Of a stretch of 64,000 nucleotides of DNA, positions 24,026 through 37,111 are shown piece by piece. The notes under the pieces were generated by a model. It was not told where the DNA came from, made no database searches, and saw nothing but the letters and a program-made list of their open reading frames with translations. Source of the stretch: Ginglymostoma cirratum (taxonomy: Eukaryota); the NCBI GenBank assembly GCA_024137785.1, contig JAHRHZ010000023.1:3630507-3694506 (forward strand), in the 5' to 3' direction. Made by a program: the position numbers and the translations under genes. The number at the start of each line of letters is the position of its first letter. Within the stretch, counting starts at the first letter, position 1.

Positions 24026-26328
24026 AAAAAATGATCTTATTGAATGGCAGAGCAGGTTTAAGGGCTCTAATGTCTATTCCTGTTTTAAAAAATTGAACTC
24101 AATCCAAGGCTAGAGCTCGCTCAAACATAAATATTCCAACTGATCTCAACAAATTCTCAAACTGATGAGTATTAAAGATTTAAGAATTCAGTTAGGCTGC
24201 TATAAGAGAAAAATAATGACCATAAATTAGCTCACCTGGGAACATTTCCCAGCTAAAAGATGTGAAGACGATTGATATAGACTAGAACACAAGATAAAAA
24301 TTAACAAGAAAATAAGGGATAGGAAACAAGAAGAAATTAAAAGAAAATCAAAGCTCAACAGAATTAACAACATTAGATAAATATATTAGGGAGAGGAGAA
24401 TTGTAACCTCCCAGGGCCTGAGAGAATACATCACAGGATCCTGAAGTAGTGATGGAGGAAACTGAGGCGCCAGAGATTTTGTATCTCTTTGGAAGATCAT
24501 GGAGGGGCTGAAGGGCTCAGAGTTTGGTAACTGGATTTTTTGTTTTGAAAAAAGGCAGAGATGATCACTGTACAAAGTTTTAAGGACAAAAAAAAGCATG
24601 ACATTGTGCCTATGGGCTTTACAAAAGCTCTTTATTAGTCTATCATGATAGATTATACAGAAGATTAAAAGGGTGGCAAGCTGGGATAATTGATGAAAAG
24701 GGAGGAAAAGTTTGGGTGTTTCTTCTACCACACCATGCACCCCCCCCTTCCCCCGCCCAACCCCTCAGAGCTGAATTATGAATGCGCTCCAGGATCCTGT
24801 TCCTAGACACAGCTCAAAATCACTTCCAAATCCAAGTCATGAATCTGCACTTTGAAATCAAAAATGCTTTTGATATTTCAGGATAGCAAGTTGGTGGTGT
24901 GGTGGCATGGTTTGGGTGGGGGTGGGGGTATGTGGTGAAGGGGGAATGGAGTGTAGTGTAGTCAGTCAAAAGGAGGACTGCTACAAATTACAAGTCGACA
25001 GTTACAAGCATTCAGAATGAATGAAGACTGTGATAAAATGGGAAAGGTCACTGAACTAGTAAACTAGAGGACAAGACACAGGTGAGAGTTTAAATCCTAC
25101 TATTTGAAACTTTGTCACTACTTCCATTAGTAAAGTCTAGAATTGAAACTACCATTGATCATACAAAATGCTATCTGGTTCACTGATGCTCTTAGAGCAT
25201 AAATGCCATCTTTACCTGGTGTAGCCTGCACGCAACTCCAGACCAATGGGGTTGACTTTTAACTGCCCTCTTTGAGAAGGCCAAGGAAGTCACTCATTTC
25301 AGGGGCAATCAATAGTGTCACCCACATCTCATGAAACGATACAAAATGTGTAAGGTTTAGAAGAGCCACCAGGGAATTAAATTCCTTGACAAATTCACTT
25401 CTGGGGCAGGTAATAGATGTAGAACTTACAACAGCATTCAGCCACTGGATTGGCAAATGAAGCTAAAGGAGTCCTGTGGATTATAGTGCACTGGCTGATA
25501 ATGGATCGGGTTCAGTACAAAGGCACTCCATGAAGTGTCCACTTACGCAAGAGCTTCACTCCATCCTGAGCCGCGCAACTCAATTAGTCCAAGATGCACA
25601 AATCCAGCACAGCGAAACACCATTTGTCCTGCTTCAACTCTGTCCTTTGAGGCTTAGAATAATCTCAGTGTTTACAGTTCAGTCTGAGAGCATACGTCTA
25701 CATTAAGTGCCAGCTCACTGAAAAAAAAAAATCAATTCAAAGCACAATGCTAGATTTTTAAAAAAAACTTTAAAACAAAATCTTTGAACGATGCAGACAT
25801 AACAAAGTGTGGAGCTGGAGGAACACAGCTGGCCAGGCAGCATTAGAGGAACAGGAAAGTTGATGTTTCGGGTCGGGATCTTTCTTGAAGAAACAATCAA
25901 CTTTCCTGCTCCTCTGATGCTGCCTGACCCTGTGTTCCTCCAGCTCCTTACTTTGTTATCTCTGCATCCAGCAGCTGCAGTTCTTACTATCTCTTTGAAT
26001 TATGCAGTCTGTTGTCGACTCCTGGTATTTCCTATTGACCTACAGAAAATGTTTTCATTTGCATCTTGTAAAAGTGCTAATAACCCTCTGGTTGGATATG
26101 CATTTCTTGCCAATATTCTCCCAACTGCTTTTCTAAAAATCATCGATTAATATTTGATGTGGCTCCAACATGGCCATTCTTTGGATTGAAATCCAATGAA
26201 GGTAAATTAGGTGATGAGAAAAATTACAATATAGCCCAATTCTATCCAACCACCATTAAAATTCTAGAATATGACTTTTATTCACTTACAGAACGTGGGT
26301 GCTGCTGGCTGGGCCAGCATTTATTTTA

Positions 26329-26686
26329 GGTGGCACGGTGGCTCAGTGATTAGCACTGCTGCTTCACAGCACCAAGGACTCAGGTTCAATTCCACCCTCG
26401 GGAGACTGTGTGTGGAGTTTGCACATTCTCCCCATCTGAGCATGTTTCTGCCAGGTGCTCTGGTTTCCTCCCACAGTCCAAAGATGTGGAGGTTAGGTGG
26501 ATTGGCCTGTAGTGTCCATGCCACATTAACTGTAGTGTCCAGGGGTGTGTAAATTAGGTGGATTAGACATTGAAAATGTCGGGTTACATGGAAAAGGTAT
26601 GGGGATAGGTCTGGGTGGGATGTTGCTTGGAGGGGCAGTGTGGACCTGTTGGGCCAAATGGTCTGTTTCCACACTGTAGGGATTCT
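26329..26686 (+). mobile_element. HE1/V-SINE-like tRNA-derived SINE
   Basis: A-box GTGGCTCAGTGATT, B-box GGTTCAATTCC, V-domain TGTGTGGAGTTTGCACATTCTCCCC, CR1-like tail. Confidence 0.8.
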
Positions 26687-27204
26687 AGGACGTCTCTAAA
26701 TGCCCCCACAGTGATGAACTGCCTTCTTGAACTGCTGCAGTCCATGGCTCTCAATGCCATTAGGAACACAGTCCCAGGATTTTGACCCAGCAAGTGAGTC
26801 AAATGGCAATATATTTTCAAGTCAGGATGGTGAGTGGCTTGGAGGGGAACTTGCAGGGGTTGGGGCTCCCATGTATCTGCTGCCCTTGTCCTTCTAGATG
26901 GGAGCAGTTGTGTGTTTGAAAGGTGCTGCTTTTGGAGCCTTGGTGAATTTAGACTAAGGACATGGAACTCAGATTTGTAACAGCCCCCAGCACAAGGCCA
27001 ATAAGTCAAAGGTTGGAGTTTGGATGAGACCAGAAATTGAGTCTGAAATGTTCTAACCTTTTAGGTTTAGTGTCTTCACCCACACGAACAAGACAGATGA
27101 AATGTCCAAGTGGCACTGAGATGTGGACATTATAACTATGATCTAAATTGTTGAAGAAACCCAAAATATATATTTTGTTAAAACTAGAATGATACAAAAA
27201 ACAT

Positions 27205-30086
27205 CACAAATGGTGAATGATCATTTTTATTTCAGTTGACTCAGTTGAGAGACGCACAATCAGATTACAGACAGATTGTAAATCCTGGATATGGCAACAT
27301 TTTATAGAAGCAAACATTGACCCAAATCTGGAATAGTATACAGTAAGTTAATTCCTACCCACAATTTCACAATGTAATGAAATGTGGCATCCCAGACAGG
27401 GTTATGATGGGTAAATCACAGACTGCCACGAAATGGCATGAAAACATTTGTACTTCCCCTTCTTTACCTCCTAGCAACCATCTTCACTTTTGCTTCCTGT
27501 CGCCAAGTCAAATCCAGGCATGTCTACGCCATTGTGTATTGCAAAAAAAAATCCTTTGCCACTAAATCACCATTATAACTAGCTTGCAACATGTCACCTT
27601 GTGATGATTTAAATAAGACAAAACAATCACAAGATGTGGCATGGATAATGGAAACGTCATAGGAAGCTGGGATTAAGGCACCATGCAGCAGTGCAGAGGA
27701 GTCAAAACATAGGCACCAGGCAGAAAATAAGAACTGGAAATGCTCCATTTTCCGACATGGAGAGCGATTACTAAAGTGTAAAACAAAACAACAGAATCTA
27801 CAACAGAGACAAAATATTAGTACATTCTGCATGGAGTCAAAATAAAATTCACAAAGGTACCAAAAATCTATCACTTGCTCAAAAGGAAGCACAGTCCAAT
27901 CTCAAAATCCCCACAAGAGACAGCGTCTGGGCCTAAGACTGGGTGGTCCTATACAAACCAGCTTGAATTGGGCAAATATACAAACAGCACAGTTCAGGGA
28001 ACAGAACCTCCTGGTGGATTTCCTCTAATTTTTATGCAGTTCAGGATTATAATAAAGTTCATGGTGATCCTAAATGCACTCTTTTGCTTTGGTTAATTAA
28101 CTTTTCTGACCAGAAAATATCACCCTCTTTCTGTGAGGCGTGGCTTTATCCCAGTAATAGATGTAGACAGACCTCCCCAAAGAAATTGAGCTGAGAAATA
28201 ATGTGCATCAGCTATTTGTTCACTGGTGCTAAAATTAAACAGTGAAGTGGCTCTTTCACTACCTAGAGAATAAAACAGACAAATGCATGTCCATCAGCAG
28301 CTAGTTAGATTATGCTTCCTCGGGATTAAGTCCGTAGATTAACCAGTTTTTCAGTAAATCAGGCATAGATCGACCACAGAATCCAAATAGGCTCTCCCAT
28401 AATTCAAAGGCACTAACGATCATTAAGGCACTATTCAGTCATTTTTTCTTTATCTACTTAACACTTCTACAAAGTCATTCTCAGCTCAAATATACCAATT
28501 CTAAAGAACTTCATAACTATCCTGTGTGACAGATTAAATGGATACTCAAACTGCTCTTACCAGCTTTAAACCTCACCCACTCCAACTGACTGAAGTCAAC
28601 TGACCTGCTGTACTTCCTTGTGTACTCTATTTAAAAAAAAAACAAGATGAGTTTCTCTTGGCAACCACATGAAAATTCTTCATTAAATTCTACTTTGTCA
28701 ATTTTTGAACCAATATCTCCAGATATAAGCAGTAACATATACAGAAACAGAACACTACACTGGTAGTATCAGAGCAGAGTTAAATTATACTTCACTCATG
28801 AAAGTGTCCTTGCAATGGTCATCATGGTATTTCAATTGTGAGCTAGACCTAGTAACGTGGCAATCACTTGAATATCTTTCTATTGCAAAGGGTTTTTTGT
28901 GAAACAATAAAAGTACTCTTGTTCAGCTTATATAGTAAAAGGATTGCATTTAAATGTTGTAACATTTCTACACACTCGAGTACACAGCAGTTTTTACATA
29001 AAGCAGAATTAAGGACAGGAATAATTTTGGAAACAGATAGGCATTTAAAAGCAAATGGAACAAACTTGGACTTTAAGATCTAACAAGATGGATGAACACT
29101 TAACAGAGCAAATATTTACAAAAGGTGAAAACAGAAGTATTGACTTATGCTTTCAAAGGCATGCAGAAAATAATTCAATTTGTTATACAAAGGCATGTGG
29201 ACTATACTACATATACAGAAATAAAAAAGTTGCATGTGAAATATGCAACTTCACAAGTTAATAAATGTAATTTTAACCTTGGCCAAAAAAGGGCCCCAAA
29301 ACGATACAGAACAGGTGCATTATTGTATCCAAACATTCTTGATACACGAGTTGTATGATGTTTGGGGAAAAGTAAATTGGTTAAGTGCTACACACCATTG
29401 AGGTTACCAATTCAAGGCTGATATAAATTAAACAGTAAAACGTGACAGAATTTTCAGTAGCTACAAATTGATAGGGAGCTACCTGTACTTTATCCCACCA
29501 TCTTTCAATGTCCCAGTGGTTACAATGGTGGATTACCGAACTTAATTTCAAATCGAAATTTTAAAAAAAAACACACCAAGAGGCCAAACCTCAAGCTACC
29601 AATTACTGAAAAGCCAAGTGAGTGAGCTCTAATTGGACAAAGTCCAATTTTCAAGAAATCAATTTCTTAAAATGGCTATTTTCCACAATGAGCCAGTTTC
29701 CCTGTGACTCTGCTAAAATTGTAATCACTGAAATGTAGCTCAAAACTCTAAGTGTGCAAAACTGAGACCAAAACTCCATCGTTAATTGCCAATTTCCAAA
29801 GATCCGACTACAAGTCCCTCCACTTAATGAGCTCTCCATTCCACTTCTCTAGTGGAATGGTGCTTCTAAATATAGTTTAAAATTTGGGCCAAGCACCTTC
29901 AATATGAAAGAAAAATCTACTTTTAGCTTTCGTTAGAAAAACTAATCTTCACCTTGCACTAGCAAAAAAAAAAAAAAATTTTAAAACAAACTTTTCATTT
30001 CACTAACATGTCTACTGAATGTTAGAGCTTGGTTTGGAAAAAAAATTCATTTAAAAACATTTTTTTAAAAAAAAGATTACCATGGT
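27205..30086 (-). terminator. NDE1: Probable ~2.9 kb NDE1 3'UTR; AATAAA at 27231-27226 (minus)
   Basis: Repeat-free AT-rich stretch after the stop; AATAAA followed by a GT/T-rich element (TTTGTGATGTTTTTTGT). Confidence 0.5.
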
Positions 30087-30180
30087 TCAAAGCAAGATTT
30101 TGACTACACCCTGAGGTGATGCAGTTGCTTGCGAATAGACCTTCGACGCAAGTGTCCCAAACTCCAGCCTTTTGGCTAAC
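30087..30180 (-). CDS. NDE1: NDE1 terminal coding exon (LAKRLEFGTLASKVYSQATASPQGVVKILL*), KMLL-type C-terminus
   Basis: TATTTCCAG acceptor; matches mammalian NDE1-KMLL LGKRLEFG...QGVVKMLL; spliced CDS totals 1032 nt in one frame. Confidence 0.93.
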
Positions 30181-30879
30181 CTGGAAATACAATGAAAATC
30201 AAAAAAATATTTGGAAGAGAGAGTGTGTGTGTCATTTGAGACAGGACATATACCGCTTGCCCGTATTTTATGCTTGAGGGGAACAGACGACCTTGGACCT
30301 ACAGTTCCCAAAACTGTCCGCCAGAGAAGATTTCCTCGCCTTATGTTGGGATCTGTTGATTGAGAGATTAATCGCCATAATTAGTGAACAACTCCAATCT
30401 TGTTCGCCATGCAACCACCAGGACAGGTGGTGGTAAAGCTGGGCGGATCTTGACCTTTTTCAGCCTAATAATTCCTATGTTGCATTAGTGACTTGAAGAC
30501 AAGAGACAAACAGAGCTGCGGATGTTGTAAACAAAAAACAAAAAAAAAAAAAACAAAAATACAAAACAAAATTGCTAGAAAAGCTCAGCAGGTCTGGCAG
30601 CATCTGTGAAGAGAAAGCAGAGTTAACGTTTTGGGTCCAGCGACCCTTTCTCAGAAGGAAGGTTCACTGGACCCGAAACGTTAACTCTACTTTCTCTCCA
30701 CAGATGCTGCTAGACCTGCTGAGATTTTCAAGTAACTTCTGTTTTTGTTCCCAACAATATCCATCACCATGCTCAGACTCTCAGGAACTTCAGACCCTAC
30801 TCACCACCACCACCACCATCCTGCCAGGTCAAGCCATCACCCCATTTGCAAATAGTTCCCAAACCAATTGTTTTTTTGA

Positions 30880-31510
30880 TCTCATTAATAGTTGAGAAGC
30901 ATCATCGGCTAGACAGGCACTTATTGACCTTCCAAACGTGCTGTGGAGGTACTTGTGGTGAGCTGACTTCTTGAACCCCTGCAGCCCACGTACTGCATGA
31001 ACACCCACAACACTATTAGGGAGGGGGTTCCAGGATTTTGACCCGGCAACACAGGTGATATATTTCCAAATCAGAATAGTGAGTGGCTCGGAGGGGAACA
31101 GGCAGGGGGTGGTGCTCCCATGTATCGGCTGCCCCTGTCCTTCCAGGAGAGGAAAAGAGGGGAGGATCAGGGATTTGAACAGTGCTCCTGAGGGAGACTT
31201 AGCAAATTGGTGCAGCACATCTGGCAGATATTGTGCAGATGAAAGGATTAAGTGTCCAAGGTACTAGATAGGGTGGGTTGATTTGTCCTAGGTGGTGCTG
31301 GAGATGCACCTATCCAGGCCAGTGGAGAATATTCCATCAAGCCTCACCAAGCCCCACCACTCCCTACCAAGTGGGGCCTTGTAGATCATGGACAACCTTT
31401 GGGAAGTCAGAAGGTGATTGCAGGATTCCTACTCACTGACCTGTTGCTCATAACTCAGTTAAGTATCAGGGCAATGGCAACCCATAGGATGTCAATGATG
31501 GGCGAGTCAG
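30880..31510 (-). mobile_element. 3' fragment of a second CR1/L2-type LINE family (other pieces ~4905-5085, 5380-5610, 26700-26950, 50860-51400, 52540-52790)
   Basis: Recurring motif GGATTTTGACCC...TCAGGATGGTGAGTGGCTTGGAGGGGAAC; VPQGSVLNPTIFS RT remnant near 51020. Confidence 0.65.
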
Positions 31511-32425
31511 TGATACTATGAGTATCATTTGCAACTTAAATCAACTTCAGTTTCAACATTGCCCGGATGCTACTTCCTGCAGGAGCAAGTAATATCCAAA
31601 AAACCATCCTATTCAAATTCAAAATTTCCTGGCCACTTGTTTTCTCTCTCTCTCTCGTGCAAAGGTTGCCTAACCAGTTCCACCTCCATAATATATTTTG
31701 CTTCTACTCCCATTTCAATGGGTCAGCCATTAAAAAACTCAACGTATCAGTTATGTATCATTTCTGAAGAAGGGTCTAGGCCCGAAATATCAGCCTTCCT
31801 GCTCGGCCTGCTGTGTTCATCCAGCTCTTCATCTTGTTATCTCCAATGTATCAGTTAATTGTGCTGAGCCAGTCCACTTCCCTTACGCCATTCTAAATAA
31901 CCTGCAGGTTATTCAGAGCTCTACCGAAAATTCCTATACTTTGCCAGGCCCTACTCAGCCATTACCTTCCCTTAGATGCATACCAACTCTAGGTCTTCAT
32001 GTCTTAAAAATATATCCTTATCCCTCCACACACCTCTCCATTGCTAATTCCTCTTGTACTCTTCTAATCTTGATGACGGAATCCTGAACGCATACTAGTA
32101 AGAGGCACCTAGGATCCAATCTCTGGGTTTACTTCAAAACATGATGCGAAACTTGGACCTGACCAATCTTTGGCATACTCCTTGTTTGACATTCATCTTT
32201 TTTTATACCTCCGAAGAGACTGTATTTAATGCAAATTGGTTTTGTTTTGATGAATTGGGCATCTTATAAATGCCTTTATAAGCACAGGCTGGAGTACTTA
32301 TTTGATCAAACTACAGAACAATATAGTCAGCTATTTAGCCAAGCACTTTAGCAGGATACAAGTGCAGTTCAGTTATAGTAGTTGCATTTCAAAATACTTC
32401 AAGTCTGTTAAATCATTTTACTAAC

Positions 32426-32580
32426 CCTTTGTCGTATTGGGGTAAATTGGCATTGGTTACCCTGTTATCATTGTTGTCTTTTATTGCACAGTTTCCGTTC
32501 TGAGTGGATGACAAAGTTGCACGATTTGGAGATTGATCCCAAACAAAATTCCTACAGGATGCAAGTTTGGACTCCAGAGC
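32426..32580 (-). CDS. NDE1: NDE1 coding exon 7 (ALESKLASCRNFVWDQSPNRATLSSTQNGNCAIKDNNDNRVTNANLPQYDKG)
   Basis: TTTTTACAG acceptor, GTTAGT donor; 155 nt; ALESKLASCRN...DQSPNR matches NDE1. Confidence 0.94.
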
Positions 32581-33959
32581 CTGTAAAAAGACAAAGTGCA
32601 AAATTTATTAAATGTTTACCTCAATGTTTACTACAAACACAATCTTACAAATCAAGCATTGGCTTGAAGTCAGTTTCCAACAGTTGTAGCTAACAGCACT
32701 CATGTTTGTCAAACATTAATTACAAGGAGGTCATTCTTCCTCTCAAGTCTGCTCTACCATTTCACAAATTCATGGCTAATTTAATACCACTCCTGCCCAC
32801 CACTCAACTCTGACTCTCTTGTCAATTAAGAATCTGACTCCCACTTAAAATTATTCAATGACCCCCAACGTCCACTGCCTGGAGACAATGTCTCCCAGAC
32901 CAAACAATCCTGGAGGAAAAGATTCTCAACTTCATCTGAAGTGGGAAACATTTTTTTTTTTAAAAAAAGCTGTTCTAGTCTGTCACTTAAGGGGAAACAT
33001 CCCCTCACTATCCACTCTGTCAATTCCCTTCAGGATCATGTTTTTCAAAAAGAACATCTTATTTCTCAAAACTCCAGTGGACACAGGTCTAACTTCTCCA
33101 ACCTTTTCACAGAACAAGTGAACCTTCCAAACTAATGTTATGTCCATCCAATTGCAAACATCCTGATTTTCATATTCCAATTCCCTTGTAATAAACTACA
33201 ACATTCCAGCTTCCTTCCTGAGGGCTTGCTGCAGCTACATACTAACTTTGTGATTCGCGTATAACGACACCTAGTTTTTCCCTTAATTCATTCATGGAAT
33301 GTGGATGCCGCCAGATTGCCCAATTATGGATTTACAATAAATGGTCTAAGGGCAGTTAAGAGTTAACCACATTATTATGGACCTGGAGTCACATTGAACA
33401 GGTAAGAATGGCAGAATTCCCTCCCTAAAAGGCATTAGGGAACTAGATAAAAATAATCGAGATAAATCTGGAATTAAAAAAACTATAGTTTTTATTGAAT
33501 TCAAAATTTCAACATCTGCCATTGGTGGGATTTGAACATGGACCCCAGAACAACGGCCTGCGGTTCTGGTTTACTAATCCAGCAACACTACAGTACACCA
33601 CTGCCTCGGTTTTACAATCTCTCCATTTGAACTACAGCTTCTCCATTCTTTCTGCCATATTCATATTTTTCTAGGCTATACTCCAGCTGCCAATTTTTGC
33701 CTACTCACTTCATCTAATCCCTTTGTAACCTACGTCCTCTTCACTTTTCTATTTGTGTGTCAAATTTAGCAACTATAAATCTGGTTCCTTCATCTGAGTC
33801 ATTTACATAGATTGTGAATAGCTGAGGCCCCAACACAAATAGAGATATCTCATTGGTTACAGCTTACCACTCTGAAAATTACCTATTTTCCCTGCGTTCC
33901 AGTCAACCAATGTCTTATCCACAATAACATCCTTTCCCGACTCCACTTCATGAGTTCTT

Positions 33960-34700
33960 TGAAGGTTTTAGCAAAGATATGTAGCTCGGGTCGTGGGTGA
34001 GGTTTTGACTTGCTCGGCCTTGTTCAGACGTTTCTTCACCATGCTAGGTAATATCATCAGTGAGACCTTCAATGAAGCAATGTTGTTCTACTCCACTTAG
34101 AATTTATACTGTCCGGTCTGTTATGGCAAGTAATGTCATTTCTAGTTTTGTTCTGTATAAGTTTGTATATGGGGTCCAATTCTATATGATTGTTGATTGA
34201 AGCATGGGTGGAGAATTAGTTTTGATTTCAATTCGTAGTGATCGTAGGAGTTTACAAAATACCGTTGCAATGACTGCCACAAACATTACATCAGACAGAC
34301 GGGAAGGACCTCCTAGCCATCAGAATACACTAACATTAGCTAGCAGCAAAACGACACAACGAACTTTCCTTAATATCAGTACACTAGGACAACGAAGGCC
34401 ATCAGTTTAACCAGGATAACGTAACCATCGCAGCCCAAGCCAACCATAGACACACACGGGAATTCCTAGAGGCATGGCTCTCAACCCATAATGCAATCAC
34501 CAAACATACAAACTGGACCTCATATACAAACCCATAAAGTACAAAACCAGAAAGGACATTACTCACCATAACAGACTGTACAGTATAAATTCCAAGCGGA
34601 GTAGGACATCGTTTTATCAGAGGCCTCACTGATGATGTTACTTAGCATGGCGATGAAGTGTCTGAATGAAAACAAGCCAGCTCGCCGAGCAAGTCAACAA
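33960..34700 (+). mobile_element. Penelope-like element, family C, with inverted ends and GIY-YIG remnant
   Basis: GVYKIP / CNDCHKHYIRQTGR and EGHQFNQDNVTIAAQANHRHTREFLEAWLS peptides; ~34005-34200 inverted versus ~34490-34697; hammerhead core in each arm. Confidence 0.75.
34024..34063 (-). ncRNA. Minimal hammerhead ribozyme motif, family C
   Basis: TCA-CTGATGA-TATTACC(TAGCAT)GGTGAA-GAAA-CG-TC-TGA; unrelated flanks but same core. Confidence 0.6.
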
Positions 34701-36955
34701 TTTCATGAGCTCTTATCTTGTGTAATTATCTTTGATGTAACACCGTGCCAAAATGCCTTTTTGAAAGCCAAGCAAATCACGTCTACAAGACGCTCTTTAT
34801 CCACATTCCTTAATCCGTGAACTCCAGCCAAACAATTTTCCTTTCACGCACCATGTGGACTCTGCCTAATTGCATCAAGATTTTCCAAAATGCTCTGCTA
34901 CAACCTTGGTGAATAGTACATCCAAATCATGCTTCAGACTCAACATTGGAATTTATACATTAGCACAAAGCTGTATACTCACCCACTAAACACAGCAGAT
35001 AAAAAGTCACTGCTTTCAAGAGCAAGTGATTTTTTTTTGTTACAGACAGGACCAGTCATTCCTGGCAAACAAGCTCTGACAGAAAAAGGCTGAATATGTG
35101 CAATCTCATTTCTTTAGAAGTTCCTGTGTTGATGATACATTAAAAGTATTTTTGTGTTTCTATCACATATCTTACCCCTTTAATTTATCTTCTGCACATG
35201 ATTTAAATCTAAATTTATACTCTCGGTAACAATTCAGATTCTTTGATCCAATTGGTTGAAGGACCATGCTATTGCGTGTGTGGTGCAGTTTCCCTGCAGA
35301 GAGCACAGTGCCAGTTCAGACATCCACAGCAACAAGTTACTGCTAAATAAATAGGCTGTGCCGAGTCTTTGGCCAGCTGTCAGCATCATGATGAGACAGA
35401 GCTGCCCCTTCACTCATTGCATAATCTGGGCCACAGAATCCAATATGCTAAATGTCTCATGTCAAGTCATCTTGTCAAATAACACTACAAGCTGTTCAAT
35501 ACTGACAGAGAAATTTTCCAAGTTTCACATTTCACAAAAAAAAAGTGGCTCAGTTTCTTAATCATATCACTCCAAAGGTGTCCAAATTTAAACTGTGGCT
35601 TTCTCTCAACTTGTTACTTTTTTTTTAAGAAACAGCCTAATGTGGGGCAGGTTAAAGCTCAATTGATCAAGACAGCCACTGCACATTAGCACATCTAAGA
35701 ATGTCAGTGAAAACAGTCAAGTCCAGTGAATATGCACAGATAAGTACATCACTACCTATTCATAAGCAAATAGCAATAAAAATTAAAATGAATAGCAGCC
35801 TACATCAAAAGTCTTATGGGGAGAACAAAATACAATGTATTTCTTCTTAAAAGTGTTTGCAGTACCGAGGACAAACACATTTATATCAATCTTCAACAGG
35901 CCCATGCCCAAGGAGACCAAATGCAAAGCTCCAAGAACATGTAAGCACACTATTTGCTTAAACTCAACAAATATTGACTGCCACTCTCTTTCCCATGGTA
36001 ATGCCTTGACCAGTCAACGTGCCTGGTTTCAAATGTAAAGCCTGGAGGTTAACAGCCATTGTTAACTGCTGCTTTCTCCGTAGCTAAGCTCTTACCAGAG
36101 TCTACCTCGCCAACCAGTGCTTGGTTCACATATGGTATTTTTTCCACATTTTGCAAAAAAAAAAAAAAAGTTCTGTCGAGTGCAAGATGAGAAACAAAAC
36201 TATTCTGTTTACTGCAACCTACCTTCACTGGTCAGTATATACACTGGCATTCCTACAATGTCAAACTGTAAGACTGGCCATATCAGTAATCTCAAATAAG
36301 GCCTGAGCCATTTGGTCGATAGACAAATTCAATGCAGAAATCAGGTACATTAAAGCCATCCTGCAGGATAACAGCAACCCCAATAAGATCATTTCTTTAT
36401 GATCTTATGAACATCCCATGAACAGCCCTGAAAAGTGGTCCCTTTGGATTCCAAAGACTATTCTACTTCAGGTAGTCTCCCAAAGCTTTCAGCAAACTGA
36501 AGTTAGCTGTCTCCCTCTCTACTACCATACAAAAGCAACATGAGCGGCAAATGCCACGAACAGATTGCTGCAATCAAGCCAAAAAGGCATTCTGCCTGTC
36601 GCAAGTGGGATGCATGAATTGCAGGGCTGGTGCAATGGCAGGTATGTAGACAAATTACCATTCTGCCAGTCTTCGCATATCAGACAGCAGATCCTTTAGG
36701 TTGTTGGTACAAGGTACTGACCGTACGCAACCTGCATACACCTGCAAGGCTTGTGTCAGTGTGCAAAAGTGGCTGCGATTTCATAATTGGACAACAATTG
36801 CTGGACAATGCTGAGTGCATGACAACCTACTCCAACAATCAATTTATCATAGTCATTTGGCTTGCAGTGCATTATACTCGCACGCACTGGGAGTTTTGTA
36901 TTTTTATATACAGGTCCTGGTTCTTTGCAGTCAGAAAGGAAATGTACATAAACTA

Positions 36956-37111
36956 GAGATAACAAGGTGTGAAGCTAGATGAACACAGCAGGCCAAGCAA
37001 CATCATAGGAACAGGAAAGCTTGACGTTTCGGGCCTAGACCCTTCATCAGAAAATCAGCTCCACACCCCGTTATCTCAGATTCTCCAGCATCTGCAGTAC
37101 CTATTATCTCT
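36956..37111. mobile_element. PLE-derived fold-back element, family B (also ~1-83, 3318-3480, 4258-4430, 23560-23710, 25797-25991, 31754-31843, 53926-54003, 57375-57444, 57776-58510)
   Basis: Consensus GAGATAACAAGG..GAGCTGGATGAACACAGCAGGCCAAGCAGCATC..GACGTTTCGGGCCTAGACCCTTC; perfect 15-bp TSD AATGTACATAAACTA (36941-36955 / 37112-37126). Confidence 0.8.

Noticed and set aside
26329-26400. tRNA-like A/B-box sequences
   Set aside because: SINE heads; no complete cloverleaf and they continue into SINE bodies
32209-32219. Possible 11-nt NDE1 micro-exon (TACAG|TCTCTTCGGAG|GTATAA) analogous to the NDEL1 alternative C-terminal exon
   Set aside because: No pyrimidine tract, weak donor and no recognisable similarity; likely chance
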